Position numbers and translations under genes: made by a program
From: Mytilus edulis
Lineage: Eukaryota
Assembly (NCBI RefSeq): GCF_963676685.1
Contig: NC_092346.1
Span: 60,698,001-60,762,000 of the forward strand
Direction of reading: 5' to 3'
DNA length: 64,000 bases
Notes under the pieces: generated by a model
What the model saw: only the letters and a program-made list of their open reading frames with translations
The model's database searches: none
Told to the model about the DNA's origin: nothing
In this document: piece after piece, positions 25,901 through 37,314 of the stretch
Numbering within the stretch: the stretch's first letter is position 1
Layout of the letters: each line of letters opens with the position of its first letter

Positions 25901-28900
25901 AAGAGGAATCTTTGGATTCCTTTGTTTGTTTCAAATCAATCTATAATCTATAAGGAAAGAATACACCATGAAATCATCACAACTAATGTTTATACAAAAT
26001 TTTATCTATTTGAAAAATGTAGTAAGCTGACATTAAACATTGTAAATATGATTAACTAATAGAAATAAGAACAAAAATATGATCCTCTAATTTTTAATAT
26101 TAAACATTTATAAATATTTCATAAGTTATCTACTTCGCTTGGAATCAACATTTTCATTATGCAAATCTTACTTATACGGCCTACCACTGAATAAGAATGC
26201 ATTGAGTTGTAACTGAGATAAGTGTGACAGAAACATGTGTTAGGCAAACAGACGTAGGGACACACATAAGGTGATTCACCACAATGTTACAACATGAATA
26301 ATATTTCAATCACAACCTGAAGTCTGATCACCAAATTTTGAAACAGGTAACTTACAGGGAAACAGGTAACTTACAGGTAAACAGACAACACACTGACATT
26401 CTTCTCCTCTAAGTTCAGCACTTATTTCCACAGAAGATCCTTCATTAGCAATGTTAGGCCAGTATCTGACTATACCTTCTGGTGAAACAGCTATACAGGA
26501 GGCAGACTGGTGGTCGGAATTGTTGGGAATAACACATACTCTGTCCGAATTGTGGGCTAAATCACTTGGTGGTAATGTTAACTCTTTACAAAATACACTC
26601 TAAAAATAACAAACATACCATAATAATCATTAAGATTTTCCAAATTGTAATGTGTGACTTAATTTCAAAACTGACATATATACTTTTTTCCGATTCTTTC
26701 TGAGCAATTCTCAGGATTTGAGAACTGAATCATCATGATTCTAAAAATGGAGAACTTCTGATAACTATTGTAATGATACTTTGTTCTCACCTCTATAACC
26801 CTTTTTTTAACTAAAGGTCAAGGAAATTTACTGCCATCTGGTGAAATCTTGCTTCATAAATCTCACAGCATTCTACATGAATGAAATTTAACCAGTTTTC
26901 ATCACAAAGATAACCTTTGGTGCTAAGTGATAAACCATAGATTTAAACAAATACCTTTACATATATATATCTTCTAAAACTTCTAGAACTTTTGCTGAAA
27001 CTGTATTTTGCTTAATCAGAACCTTTACCTTTAAGGGGACAATCCCACAAACATTTTTACAAAGTTGTATTTAAGGTTGTCTTCTGGAATACTTCTAAAT
27101 CTTTGTTAATTGTATTTCTAATGTTTTTATTTGCGTTGCCACGTCCACTCTGTGTGGTATTTTTATCCACTTAATGAAAAAAGCCTTTTTCAACTGATTT
27201 TTATAGTTTGTTCTTATGTTGTACTGTATACACCACTGTCCCAGGTTAGTGGAGGCTTGGGATCGCGCTAACATGTTTAACCTGCCACATTTTGTATGTA
27301 TATGCCTGTCCCAAGTCAGGAGCCTGTAATGCAGTGGTTGTCGTTTGTTTATGTGTTACATATTTGTTTTTCATTCATTTTTTGTACATAAATTAGGCCA
27401 TTAGTTATCTCGTTTGATTTGTTTTACACTGTTGTTTTGGGGCCTTTCATAGCTGACTATGTTGTATTGGCTTTGCTCATTGTTGAAGGCTGTACAGTGA
27501 CCTATAGTTGTTAATTTCTGTGTCATTTGGTCTCTTGTTTAGAGTTGTCTCATTGCAATCATACCACTTCTTCTCTTTTATATGTCAGTCTTTATGACAA
27601 ATATGTAACCTATATTTGTAAGCTTGAAAGCTATGTTAAATAGTTACCCTTGCATGTTGTACTTGTTTATATCTCCATATAAATAGCTTTCTGCCTCCAA
27701 CTAACCACGCCCATCCTGATGAATTGATACTAACACTGATTTCTGTATTCCCTGAAAACGTCACAAAATATACTCAATAATAGTTGTACAGTATCAATAG
27801 ATTGTATTACATTTAAATAGCCATTCATTTATATAAATAATATATTTTTTACATCTTTACTTGATTGCTAATTAGTATCTTCTGCTTAAAAGCAATAAGA
27901 TTCCTTACGAATAGTGCATGCATATGCAATTTCTACAATTACAGCACTATTGTGAAGCTGATTATTCATTAACAGTAGAATCAATGCAGGGATTGAAGTT
28001 AAAATTTTGGCATAGTAGCCCACATCTTATATTTAGTTCACAATATACATAGTTCTAATCAAGTAAAGCAGAAATTTTAGTAGGCCACACCAGATTTTAT
28101 GGGCCATCGGCAATTAAGTCAACTTAATAGACTTAAAAATGTTAACTTTGTTCTCTAATAAGTATCTCTTCTGTTTTCATTGTGCATTATCGCAATAAAA
28201 ATGTAAGATTTTTAAAATGGATCATTATGAGACCACAGTGTATATTTTTTACAGATTATTGTGTTGTTGATTAACCAAGAAAGATGTTTGAAAATCCTTC
28301 TATTGCATAGATATAAGGAGATGTTGTATACATTTAATTCCAATAAAACAACTACAGTAGATATTCACCTTTGTCCATTGTGGATCAAAGTACAAGTACG
28401 TAAACAACTACAGGGCACCTAACAGTATATGCTTTGTTTTCTTCAAATATGAAAAACATAGTAAGGGTCAGGGTTTACCATAAAGAAACAACAATACAAT
28501 ACTAAGGTAAATTTTTTCTGATCAGCAGAAACTTATTACAAAGAAAGAATACTACTAATTACACATACTGTCGCTTGTTGTTAATACTTCTGTAATCAAG
28601 ACTGGTAAAGGTAATCCATAGGTCTCTACCTTATGTCCAGCTGTCTCCTCTAACAGCTGTGAAGTCTGTAATGACCTGTTGCCTTGGCTTCTGAAATTTT
28701 GCATTAAATAAAAAGTATGTAGAACTGATCGGTGAATTTACACATACATGACATATGGTCTTCTTTCCTTCTTTCCAAAATGTTGATTTTTAAATTTATA
28801 TAACAATAAGTGTACTGCTTACACAATGGCTTATTGCATATTGTTTATTTTCAATTGGCAGGCAAATTGAAAATGGCCAAACAAAAAAGGTGTAGTCATA

Positions 28901-31900
28901 TTCAAATGGAAATAATTATACATTAGTGTCTAAGAAATGAATATACAAACATGAATAGTATAGTAGTATCAATATATATCATAGACAATAATAAACAATT
29001 TTACCATCCCTTTCCGCTTTGCAGATGCCAGTGCTGCCTTGTAGTGGCATTAGCCTGCTCTTTTTACGAAATCTACAAGGGTGTCTTTTAAGGTGCAAGA
29101 GATATGGTTCTCTCTTTACAAGGGTCAGCCATTTATCATCCCCTTCAGACAGACTATCATTGTTTCCTCAAGACCATACTAACAAATAGTGTCAAGGGAG
29201 AGCTGAAAATTCAGTCCCTGAAATGTCCATCCAGGAACGGGAATCGAACCAGGAACCTTTGTGTTAGTAGTCCGATGCACATTGTAGCATAGGTGATTAA
29301 CAATGAACCTTTGGGATATAAAGTTGTGACCTGAACCTGAGTCGCACCACCAAATGTTTCGACATGGAGTAATATGTACCTCTAAAGTCCACAAATTGTC
29401 CAAAAATATCACGAAGACCATAAGAGTTACAATTCCAATGCGTCTGCTATAATTTTGTCAGATCTAAAACAAATTAGCTATCACCTATAGATATTTTAGA
29501 CAAGGACTTTTATTTTTAGTTAGATATTGATAGATAAAGAAGATGTGGTATGAGTGCCAATGAGACAACTCTCCATCCAAGTCACAATTTGTAAAAGTAA
29601 ACCATTATAGGTCAAAGTACAGTCTTCAATAAGGAGCCTTGGCTCACACAGAACAGCAAGCTGTAAAGGGACCAAAAAATGACTAGTGTAAAACCATTCA
29701 AAGGGGAAAACCAATGGTCTAATCTTAGTAGTACATGTATATAACCAGATGCTCCGCAGGTGCAGCTTGATACTACCACAAAGGTTGAACCCTGAACAGT
29801 TGGGGCAAGTATGGACACAACATTCAAGCTTGATATAACTCTGAATTTGGATTGTGATTAAATAGGTGACACAGAATAGGTTTCTGACATAGAATGAATG
29901 TGGTGTAGGAATTTTAAAAATTTAAATTGGATATTTACCTATTATGTTCCCAAATCCAAAATCTAATTTTTTAATTTAATTTTGAACCCTTTTGACCTTA
30001 ATACAGACCAATTTGAAAACGGGACCAAAATTAGAAATCTGAATACACAGCTAGTTTCCGCATATCAAAGAACCCCAATAATTTAATTTTTAATGAAATC
30101 AAACAAAGTTTAATTTTGGACCCTTTTGGACCCTAATTCTTAACTGTTGGGACCAAAATTCCGAAATCAATCCAAACCTTCCTTTTGTGGTCATAATCCT
30201 TCTGTTTAAATTTCATAGATTTCTATTCACTTATACTAAAGTTATTGTGTGAAAACCAAGAAAAATGGTTATTTGTGCCCCTTATTCCTTAACTGTTGGG
30301 ACCAAAACCCCCAAAATCAATCCCAACCTTCCTTTAGAGGTTATAATTTTTAATTTTTGCAGTCGTATAAAAAATTAGAAACACTTCTGAACCACATCAA
30401 CAAATGACAACTATTGAACATCAGGTTCCTGACTTAGGACAGGTGCAAACAAAAGCAGTGGTCAGGTTTAAACATTTTGATAGGTACAACCTTCACCTTT
30501 ATCTTATATATACCATATATGTCTTTGAGTTAGTCTGGGAACAGTATATCTTACAGGAAATGAATTTATTCTAATAGGTTTATCAGGATTAAATTGTCAG
30601 ATAAAATCCCGAACTTTAAAAGACTACGCAAGATTTTGGAATCGTCTGACCATGCTGACTGCAAAACCATCGAGATTGCTCAATAAATCACCAACATATT
30701 GAAAACATTCAACAATATAAGTTTTATATTTCAGTAGATATATTTTGTCATATAAAAATACCAACATAAGTGTTGGTTTTTGTTTTACATGAAGTGCTTT
30801 ATTATGGTTAGTGAAATTTGTTGTTACTGAAAATGCTATCGGTACCATTTTTATTACCCCTTTGGCATTTTGTACCCTTCTTTGATGAAATGAATGTGAT
30901 TATGAGAAATTTGAAGTGACAAATTACAAGTTAGATACAATGGAATCCCTCAATATGTGTAAATGACGGAAGCAGGACAAGTCGCCCCACTGGCAAGTCG
31001 CCCCACACCTAATCGCCCCACTTTTTCACCAACTCGCCCCACTTAAAAAAAAACGCCGAAACCTGGATTACCAAATCGCCCCACTTTTTAAAAAATCGCC
31101 CCACATGTGAAGTTGGTTAAATCATGTTTAATATTACCCCGGCCAACTTGCCCCACTTAATGGAAAACGGTAATATTTAGATTAGAAAAGAAAAAAAAAA
31201 AAAGGAAGCATTTCAAACATTCCCATAAGTGGGACCAATTGGAAAGCCAACACACATTTCAGTTTAATTATTTTATTCGTAAGTGGGGCTAGTTGGTAGC
31301 CTTTAACTCTATTCATACTTGTACTATTCATAAGTGGGGCTAGTTGACATTCACGTTACCGAAATATTAATACTCACTTCTTACTGCTATATTAAAAAAA
31401 AGGAATAATATAAGAAGTTTCTATAAGGTTTTCAATGGGATAGCATCTTTTTCCTTAAGTGGGACGAGTTGGCAGGAGTAATATTCACGGAATTTAACTT
31501 ATATACAACGGGATAACATCTTTTTCCATAAGTGGGGCGAGTTGGCAGGAGTAATATTCACAGAATTTAACTTATATACAACGGGATAACATCTTTTTCC
31601 ATAAGTGGGGCGAGTTGGCTTTACTAAATTCATCCTGGTTAATAATATAATATAAATCTAGATGTTATCGTTTTCTTTTAAGTGGGGCGAGTTGGCAGGA
31701 GTAATATTCACGGAATAACATCTTTTTCCATAAGTGGGGCGAGTTGGCTTTACTAAATTCATCCTGGTTAATAATATATTAATCTAGATTTTATCTTTTT
31801 CCATTCAGTGGAGCGAGTTTTCAGGAGTAATATTAACGGGATTTAACACATTAAAAAAGTGGGGCGATTTGGTAATCCAGGTTGGGGCGTTTTTTTTTTA

Positions 31901-32859
31901 AATGGGGCGAGTTGGTGAAAAAGTGGGGCGATTAGGTGTGGGGCGACTTGCCAGTGGGGCGACTTGTCATGGATTCTAAATGACATATATCAATATTATC
32001 ATACCTGCCAACTGTCACTATTTACGGGGTTTTCCCCCATGGAGATTTTGAATGAGCAATTTTGTCCAAAATTTAAAATAAAACATTTAATTTTACAATG
32101 GCTATAGGCTTGTATAAGTATGAAGAAGCCAAAAAACAACATTAAAATACCTTTGAAGGCCCCCTTGATGGTTTTGTAGGACTACAAGAGCCATCTTGCA
32201 TGTAAAACCCCCATGGGCATTTCAAAAAGTTGGCAGGTATGTATTATTAGAAATTATTAAGATAATAGTGAGTACTGGTTTAAACATGTGCATTTCCAAA
32301 TCGTGTAATTTATTAACTATGACCAGACTATGAAATCTGCTATAATTAGGTAGTGGCAAGTCCCATCAACAACTGGTCAATACACCTTATCGCTATTTGT
32401 CTGCCATTACTGGATATCACACAGGTTCCCGTAAAATTTTGACGTCATAAAACAAAATATCTGACGCCACAATGGAAAAATGATAGTTGTATGCATCAGT
32501 AGTTCAAGCGTCTGGGTCAGCTGGGATTAGCGATAAGGTGTATACATATCGTTATGTTCCCAAGTAAGTCAAGTATAATTTATAACATGATTAAGGAGAT
32601 GTATGGTAAACATTTAATGCAGATACTTGCGTATCAACTGGTTGATGTAGTTAAATAATTACTTTTTAATTTCATGCAAAAAAAACACAAACTTCTAATA
32701 ATCATACAAATCAAACTCGTACTTTGAAAAGGATGATGAGCCTTTCCCTTTTGGCGTAAACAAGTTTGAAACTCTTTTATTTTGAGCACGTCCACTCTGT
32801 TTTGTCTGTGAAAATGGAGATTCTCTTGATCTTGTTGTCATTCCTCTTGGTGTGAACAT
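13927..32859 (-). CDS. NUP133: Nuclear pore complex protein Nup133, coding exons 1-11 (3' part beyond the left edge)
   Basis: Exons 32859-32723, 28690-28569, 27751-27648, 26599-26375, 25803-25738, 25369-25259, 18267-18154, 17259-17200, 16199-16138, 14383-14316, 14006-13927; all GT-AG and phase-consistent. Peptides ETYGLPLPVLITEVL, SGWAWLVGGRKLFIW, CKELTLPPSD, SPEGIVRYWPNIA, QGMFSGIGRKMSSFIFG, VDVDRMFRESIARKLW match the Nup133 N-terminal beta-propeller as I recall it from the human protein. Confidence 0.93.
14619..16030. mobile_element. TTAA-flanked (Kolobok-type) MITE interrupted by a nested insertion
   Basis: TTAA-AGGGGTACTAGCT ... TAGCTTGTGCCCCT-TTTAA; a diverged, uninterrupted copy lies inverted at 52039-52745. 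Confidence 0.7.
14814..15534. mobile_element. Non-autonomous DNA element with 8-9 bp TSD (Mutator-like or unclassified)
   Basis: CGAGGTTGA duplicated at 14805-14813 and 15535-15543; TTTGCGCCA repeats on the left mirrored by TGGCGCAAA on the right. Confidence 0.8.
16836..17078 (+). repeat. HINE-like 5' end with expanded (TCTG/TTCG/TCAG) microsatellite
   Basis: TTTTTATGCCC..GGGGCATCATGTTTT followed by repeated TCGTCAGTCTGTCTGTTCATCTGT units. Confidence 0.65.
17506..17550 (-). ncRNA. Minimal type I hammerhead ribozyme (Penelope-like)
   Basis: Minus strand reads ATTGTC-CTGATGA-A-GCCTGC-CTT-GCAGGC-GAAAC-AT-GTA-GACCAT: core boxes, 6-bp stem II, palindromic ACATGT stem III, GUA cleavage triplet, stem I GTC/GAC. 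Confidence 0.7.
18580..19150. repeat. Academ subterminal tandem repeat, exact 170-bp period, ~3.3 units
   Basis: TTTTGG-GTGAAA with the GTG at 18601, 18771, 18941 and 19111. Confidence 0.9.
19425..23843 (-). CDS. Academ transposase with XPG/FEN (PIN-like) nuclease and C-terminal Cys-rich (CXC-like) finger, 1472 aa
   Basis: Uninterrupted ORF. Candidate DDE: ADNVD, TFDQPLY, SDLVIEQ, plus LRLGGFH. Nuclease motifs: IDGGSLLH, VVFDGY, DADVLI, EDTDLL, SGCDTTS. C-terminus CNCKTNCDTKRCTCRKNGLECSVACGECKGTGC. Confidence 0.93.
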   Translation of the reverse strand: MMDACVFCRVSLLNGEEITQLREKGCNTVNRTSQTRNDTIVTTPGQKVHQKCRRDYINANSIKKDMRDKDVSITEPTRDLRSSTPDFEFQKNCLFCGCFAKFSESKRGIDVFPVRTTDFSNTLRNICKERNDEWSEIVLRRLNIAPSDLHAADAIYHQTCSVNFRTGKQIPVSKQANKEVKRTTPGRPKEDSSEKAFLQIVRQLEETQDELASVSDLVQAMEDICGDKAYSVVHMKKRLQTYFGSDIIITEVNGKPNIVTFRRTASSILNEFYRRPSSKSPEEEKLSMIETAAKLIKADIMSLKDSKAVYPSSVDINSEQNITFVPDSLQTLLRTLFSQNDSSVKVASVGQAIIQASRPRTLIAPLQIALSVQMHHHFGSRFLLDTLNTLGFASSYTEVQRFELNAAAAAHDRTNTQFGNGTFVQYIADNVDHNLRTLDGHGTFYGMGMIAAVTPGFRLDKAVPRLSPTLKEVSDLAKINIEYYKMQSKQSLQAEFATMNYEPNMIDTTWKLDLLSKVCWPLTCNRPSWSAIMHKVMDGDYPGRSSVVFLPMIDMNPSDLTCINSTLNFIGKHAKAQHCVPILTFDQPLYWKAMNIIKDEPLNSPLKSVILRLGGFHLEMSFVGGIGHLMEGSGITELLETVYAPNAVTHMTSGKAIARAVRAHFLIDTALTSIILSHIYGIPLPDEIENETGTNDINPANYINTNSTDINADDLSDELHEADAMLDELLKGDISVEKACDDVLIDQIKSRIDNFRESHKSYRTSQLWFQYMDMIDILRRFIKAERTGNWELHLQTVKDMLPYLAASGHNLYVKSSRVYLQQMENLKTTHPEVLAFLQSGHHVIRRSDKFWAGLSSDLVIEQVLMRSLKTTGGMTRGRGMSEGQRAQWILSMPDCAEMNNALQEFTGVNYGTSDQHKEGGESRRSRDCQDLKTFLSFLINRSPFVEETSLRNIETGVSADKFVNVDNSRELGIKILKSMDGKKIDEFSFKRKEQATILSAKSAIKVDDDVIIVDSQLLFQRFLAASNGIYEDQSEIFTYELCSHPSSMFDPNGLMRTAQKSSLADAIWGKGDCCAFEMSENDETQYVIDGGSLLHRIHWQSGLSFGEICQRYIDSVERKYSKAIVVFDGYASGPDTKDATHQRRTKGIIGTKVSFTERTPFKSKKEIFLANIENKQNFINLLSAKMVEKGIKTKHADADADVLIALTAIESAKTKATVLLGEDTDLLVLLLHHADVTSNSLIFKSGNVSKVNTHIKIWDILKTKLLLGEELCTFLPLIHAISGCDTTSRMFGVSKAATLKKFGEHDFLKSQAQLLYNANANDDVISAGENIISSLYNGAPYEGLNVLRYRKFAARVLTNKTCVQIHTLPPTSNAASFHSQRAYLQMKMWMNKDNLNPCEWGWKVANGNLVPVKCTMDAAPSKLLNIIRCNCKTNCDTKRCTCRKNGLECSVACGECKGTGCTNSSKTVDMDD
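27192..27582 (+). repeat. Abundant interspersed repeat (GGGGCCTTTTATAGCTGAC...CATACCAC family)
   Basis: Related copies at ~11340-11655, 18399-18454 + 24875-24975 (split by Academ), 29535-29720 (-), 54270-54395 and 60704-60800 (-). Confidence 0.75.
28990..29290 (-). mobile_element. tRNA-derived SINE, 5'-truncated
   Basis: Pol III B box GGTTCGATTCC on the minus strand at 29250-29240, preceded by a tRNA-like arm and followed by a unique body. Confidence 0.6.
29743..30345 (-). mobile_element. HINE-like repeat fragment
   Basis: AACCAGATGCTCCGCAGG..CAGC terminal hairpin region and repeated TTAACTGTTGGGACCAAAA...AATCAATCC units; related sequence at 63810-64000. Confidence 0.5.
30968..31976. mobile_element. 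Foldback-like non-autonomous DNA element with 8-bp TSD
   Basis: TAAATGAC at 30960-30967 and 31977-31984; long inverted arms built from many TCGCCCCAC / GTGGGGCGA motifs. Confidence 0.9.
32000..32241. mobile_element. MITE with 14-bp TIR and 6-bp TSD (hAT-like)
   Basis: CATACCTGCCAACT ... AGTTGGCAGGTATG flanked by TATTAT on both sides. Confidence 0.85.
32381..32542. mobile_element. TA-flanked MITE (copy 1)
   Basis: TACACCTTATCGCTA ... TAGCGATAAGGTGTA; a closely similar inverted copy lies at 48108-48269. Confidence 0.85.
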
Positions 32860-33138
32860 TTTAATGGTTTTATATATACAACCATATGAAACTTTATTTT
32901 TTGCGGCAAACGGATTTATGTCGCTTACGTTCCTTCCCAATCAAAATAATATAGATCTACATTAACATTTTCAAGTTTTCCATTCACCCCTTATATATTC
33001 TAGTGAACATTAAAAGAAATTCAAATATAATTTCTATGATTATTTCATTTTTTATAGTTATTAAAATGATTATAACAATGATGTGAGCGGTTTGACAAAA
33101 AAAATGTAGTGTAAAGTGTTCATCTTAGGATATATGCA

Positions 33139-35114
33139 TTGAGTCTGTCGAGCAGTGAGAGCAAACTTACACCATTAATTCCATTATGTCTCATCACTGT
33201 TGATAGTATGAAAGCGTTTGATGTTGTCAGCCATGTAATTGTGTTGGATAAGTTGTATGAAATAGGTGTCCACCCTAAAATTTGGACAATCGTTAGAGAT
33301 CTATATGATGGTATGACCTCAAAAGTCAGATGGGCCGGTGCAATAAGTCCGAAATTTAATATACTACAGGGAGTGAGACAAGGTGGCATTTTGTCTCCAT
33401 TACTGTATAAAATTTATAACAACAATTTACTGATGGAATTACAGGAAACAAGACTAGGTTTCAGGATGGGCAATGTTTATCTGGGATGTCCTACATGTGC
33501 GGACGATATCGCTCTCTTGTCCTCAAATCCAAACGAACTACAATGTATGTTATCAACCTTACATAGACATGCTGTGCAAGACAGAGTTTCAATTCACCCC
33601 AAAAAGACCAAAGCAGTGGTTTTTAGTAAATCAAACAGTATTAAGTCTACATTATCTTGGAAACTTGGTGACTCTGATATTTCGCCATCCAATCAAACTG
33701 TGCATTTGGGAATTCTTAGATCTGAGCTTAAAGAAAATAATCTGAATTTAGAGGATCGTATTAGTCTAGCAAGGAGGACTATGTATGCATTGATTAGCAC
33801 AGGACTACATGGCTCTAATGGAATCAATCCCATCGTTGCCTACAAAATATATCAGTCTTACATACTGCCAAAGCTTCTGTTTGGGTTAGAAGTGTTGCCA
33901 CTGAACAAATCACAAATAGACATTTTAAGGAAATTTCATATTTCAAATTTACGTCGATTCCAATCATTGCCGACACGTACAGCAACAGAAATAGTTTACT
34001 TATTACTTGGTGCATTACCTGTAGAGGCAGAGTTGCATAAAAGACACTTAAGCCTTCTATATAACATTATCTCCTGTAATAACTCTACTCTGAAGAACCT
34101 CATGATGAGACAATTGGCTGTAAACGGTGAAAATCAAGAAAGCTTTTTTGGTCGAATACAGGATATTCTTGAACAGTACAAGTTGCCGAAAATTTATACT
34201 CTAATGGCAGAACAACCTTCAAAATTAGCGTTCAAACATCAATGTAAAAGTGCAATCCAGAAAACATGGACTAATATATTAGTAGCTGAGTCTGTCAAAA
34301 AATCAACTCTGAAATATATCAATACAAAAGATTTGGCTGTTGGAAAGCCCCATATAATATGGAAATCGTTGCGTTCTATGGTATCTGAGGTTAAAATGGG
34401 CATTACAAAAGCCAGAATGCTTACTGGAACATTTATGACACAAGTTATCAAACACAAGTACAACATAGAACATTCAGATCAGATTTGTAAACTGTGCACA
34501 ATATATTCCGAAGATCTAATGCACATCATTCTTGATTGTCCCGCCTTATTTTCAACTAGACAAATATATTATAACCGTCTCAAAATAGAGGTTATCAATG
34601 TGATTGGTGAAAGCAAGTGGTCCGAGCTATTTGGAAACAAAGATGCGATTCTTCTGCTAATTTTAGACTGTACAAATTTTAGCAAATATTTTAGTGTGGA
34701 TCAACAAAATGCTATTACAAAGTTATCAAGTGTGTTATGTCATCAACTATATTTAATGAGACTGAAACTGCTAGAAAAGTCAGCAAAAGTGCCCAATAAA
34801 CAATGTGGTAGTGATACATGTAAATGAACAGTGACCTTATAAATCTGATTGCTGGAGATATTGGCAATGTAGTCTTTTAAAATTTAAAATTAACCATATA
34901 AAATTCCACCAAAGACAATTTAAATAACTTTTTTTGATTTTGAAAAAAAAAATTAATTGATAAAAGTGGAAAAGTGGGTCGTGTATGCTTGTGTATATAT
35001 AAAACATTCTGTGAGGAGAATTGGAGATATGTAGATAGTGTAAATAACATTCATGACAAGATATTCTTGGTGTTCCTTAAAGGAAGGCAATACAAACAGA
35101 AGAAGAAGAAGAAG
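33139..35114 (+). mobile_element. 5'-truncated non-LTR retrotransposon (RTEX-like) with open RT C-terminal half
   Basis: ORF 33139-34827: KAFDVV, QGVRQGGILSP, CADDIALL, HLGI, CKLC..EDLMHIILDCP zinc knuckle; then a 3' UTR and (AGA)n tail at 35098-35114. Confidence 0.9.
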
Positions 35115-35614
35115 TGGCGGCGAGAATTCCTTTTTCTATTTGAAGAATAGCCTGATGGACCATAGTAGAGGGGGGGGGGGGGTTAATTCAATGCAAGATC
35201 CAACTTCCAACTTAATTCGTACATATTTTAATTCTAGCTTCAATCAATAGACAAAACTTATACAAAATAATAAGCCTAGCTGTTATCTGAGTTTTTCGAA
35301 TGATTTTTTACAGCTTTACTGCATTACTTTTACTTAGACTCGTTTGAAAATGCTTTCAGTTCATGTCAATGATATTATAACGATATAAACGTTATTATAG
35401 TTTCATCATAACTTTAGACTCAGACTCGGTTGATATTATTGACAATCCCGATGCAAGCCAGTATAACCATTTATCAACTTTGTATCCGAAATTTATCCCA
35501 TCTTAACTAATATTATAGAAAGCGACAATTAATGTTGGCTGAGGAAAAAACATTACTACAAAAGGGGTGATTACAGCGTTTCAATTATAAACATTACATT
35601 ACTTTATGAAGCAA

Positions 35615-36010
35615 TAATAAGATTGAGAATGGAAATGGAGAATGAGTCAAAGAGACAACAACCCAATCATAGAACAGACAACAGGCCACCAATGGGTATT
35701 CGATGTAGCGAGAAACTCCCGCACCCGGAGGAGTCCTTCAACTGGCCCATAAACAAATGTTACTAAACTCCGAGTATACACCAGAAAAATGCGGCGGGGT
35801 TAAACATGTTTATGAGATCTCATCCCCCCCCCCCCCCAACCTTATACCTCTAGCCAATGTAGAAAAAAACAAACGCACAACAATACGCATAGCTAAAACT
35901 CAGTTTAAGAGAAGTCCGAGTCCGATATCAGTATAGGGAACAAAAGAAACTGAACAAAATGACAATAATATATAAATTAACAAAGGACTACTAGCAGTTA
36001 CTGACATTAT
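35615..36010 (-). repeat. Interspersed repeat (GCTACATTGAAGACCCATTGG...CCATTCTCAAT family)
   Basis: Same family on the plus strand at ~57785-57915 and ~61199-61477. Confidence 0.7.
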
Positions 36011-37314
36011 TTACTAGCTATTTTGGTTTCAGAAAAAAATTAATGAACTGTTTTTTTTATGATTCTCGGTAAAATTGAAATTAGATACTTTAATGAGAAC
36101 ACTCAAGTGTTTTACCAAGCGGGAACAAGATTGAAATATAATTATGTAAATGTTATACTTTAAATTAAAATTTAAAATACATTATCATACTACATCTTCT
36201 AAGAAACTAAGTCCCCGTGAACTTGAGTTACTGGAATTCACCTTGTAATTATATCAATGACAAATTAGATGCAGTATCCTATATCATTTAAGAATTATTA
36301 TCGCAGCTATTGGAAAAATTAAAAGGACAGCAACAGCATGTCAAGGACATAACGCAAATGAAAGCCTCGATCAAAGACTTACGCCAGGATGTACGGAACG
36401 ATTCGTTGCGTATCAATACTATAACAGATCGAAGAATGACCGGTGTTTACGCACTTAAAGCGAAAGTTGAACTTATAAATGAAAAGCTTAAAGATAATGA
36501 TCCGGCATATGAACATCTCGAAACATCTTAGGAAAAAAGTAAATAACGTAGAGAAAAATCTGAAATCTCGTGATGAGAAAACTTTTGCAGATGTCATAAA
36601 AGCCAACCTACGTGAACAAAACATTGACTGTGAATGTGTCCGCCAAACCCCTGAGGTCTTAAGCACCAATAGTGTGAATAGCAATTCAAATCAATCAACC
36701 GAAAATTTAGTTCATGTACCGATATCACAAGGCCCGCTTCGTGCACCTGTACACTCAGCAAGCTTACTTCATGTTGAAAATAGTTATTCAGCTTCAAATG
36801 CTGGTCGTAAAACTTTAAACTCGAATGATATGCCTCAGTCGAAACAAGTTAAAACAATCCTCAACAAAAGTAAAACTGAAACAACGGGACAATTACAAAA
36901 AGACCCCATACTTCATAAAATACCAGTACATGTTGCTAATGACGCCAATATGGTATCAATTCGAGAAAATCCATATTTTCAAGGTAGTCGAAAAAATCGA
37001 GTCGATCGTTATTTTGTAAGTGGAATCAGCTTAGAATCAACTGAACATGGCATGAAATCGTTTTTAGAAGAAAACGGCATACGTTACATGTTTCTGAGAT
37101 TTTTTAATAGCCGATATGGATCATCGTTTTCCGCTCAACTGAATGTGGTATGCAATGACAGCAGCATAGTTCTTGATCGTGCTTTTTGGCCTACTGGTAT
37201 TCGAGTTAGACGGTGGATTCCGAAAAGTGGATTTAACGTGAAACATGAAAATGTCAAAGTTGACCAATACGGAAACTCTGATGGTGATTAAGCAACTCAC
37301 GAAAATCTAAAGAT

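Noticed and set aside
29220-29290. tRNA gene (also 53274-53350)
   Set aside because: Pol III boxes are present but there is no complete cloverleaf, and each continues into a SINE body.
33119-33175. Possible inverted 5' segment (twin priming) and AAGTG TSD for the first LINE
   Set aside because: The minus-strand peptide GVSLLSLLDRLNAYIL only vaguely resembles an endonuclease segment, and a 5-bp match overlapping the tail is not significant.
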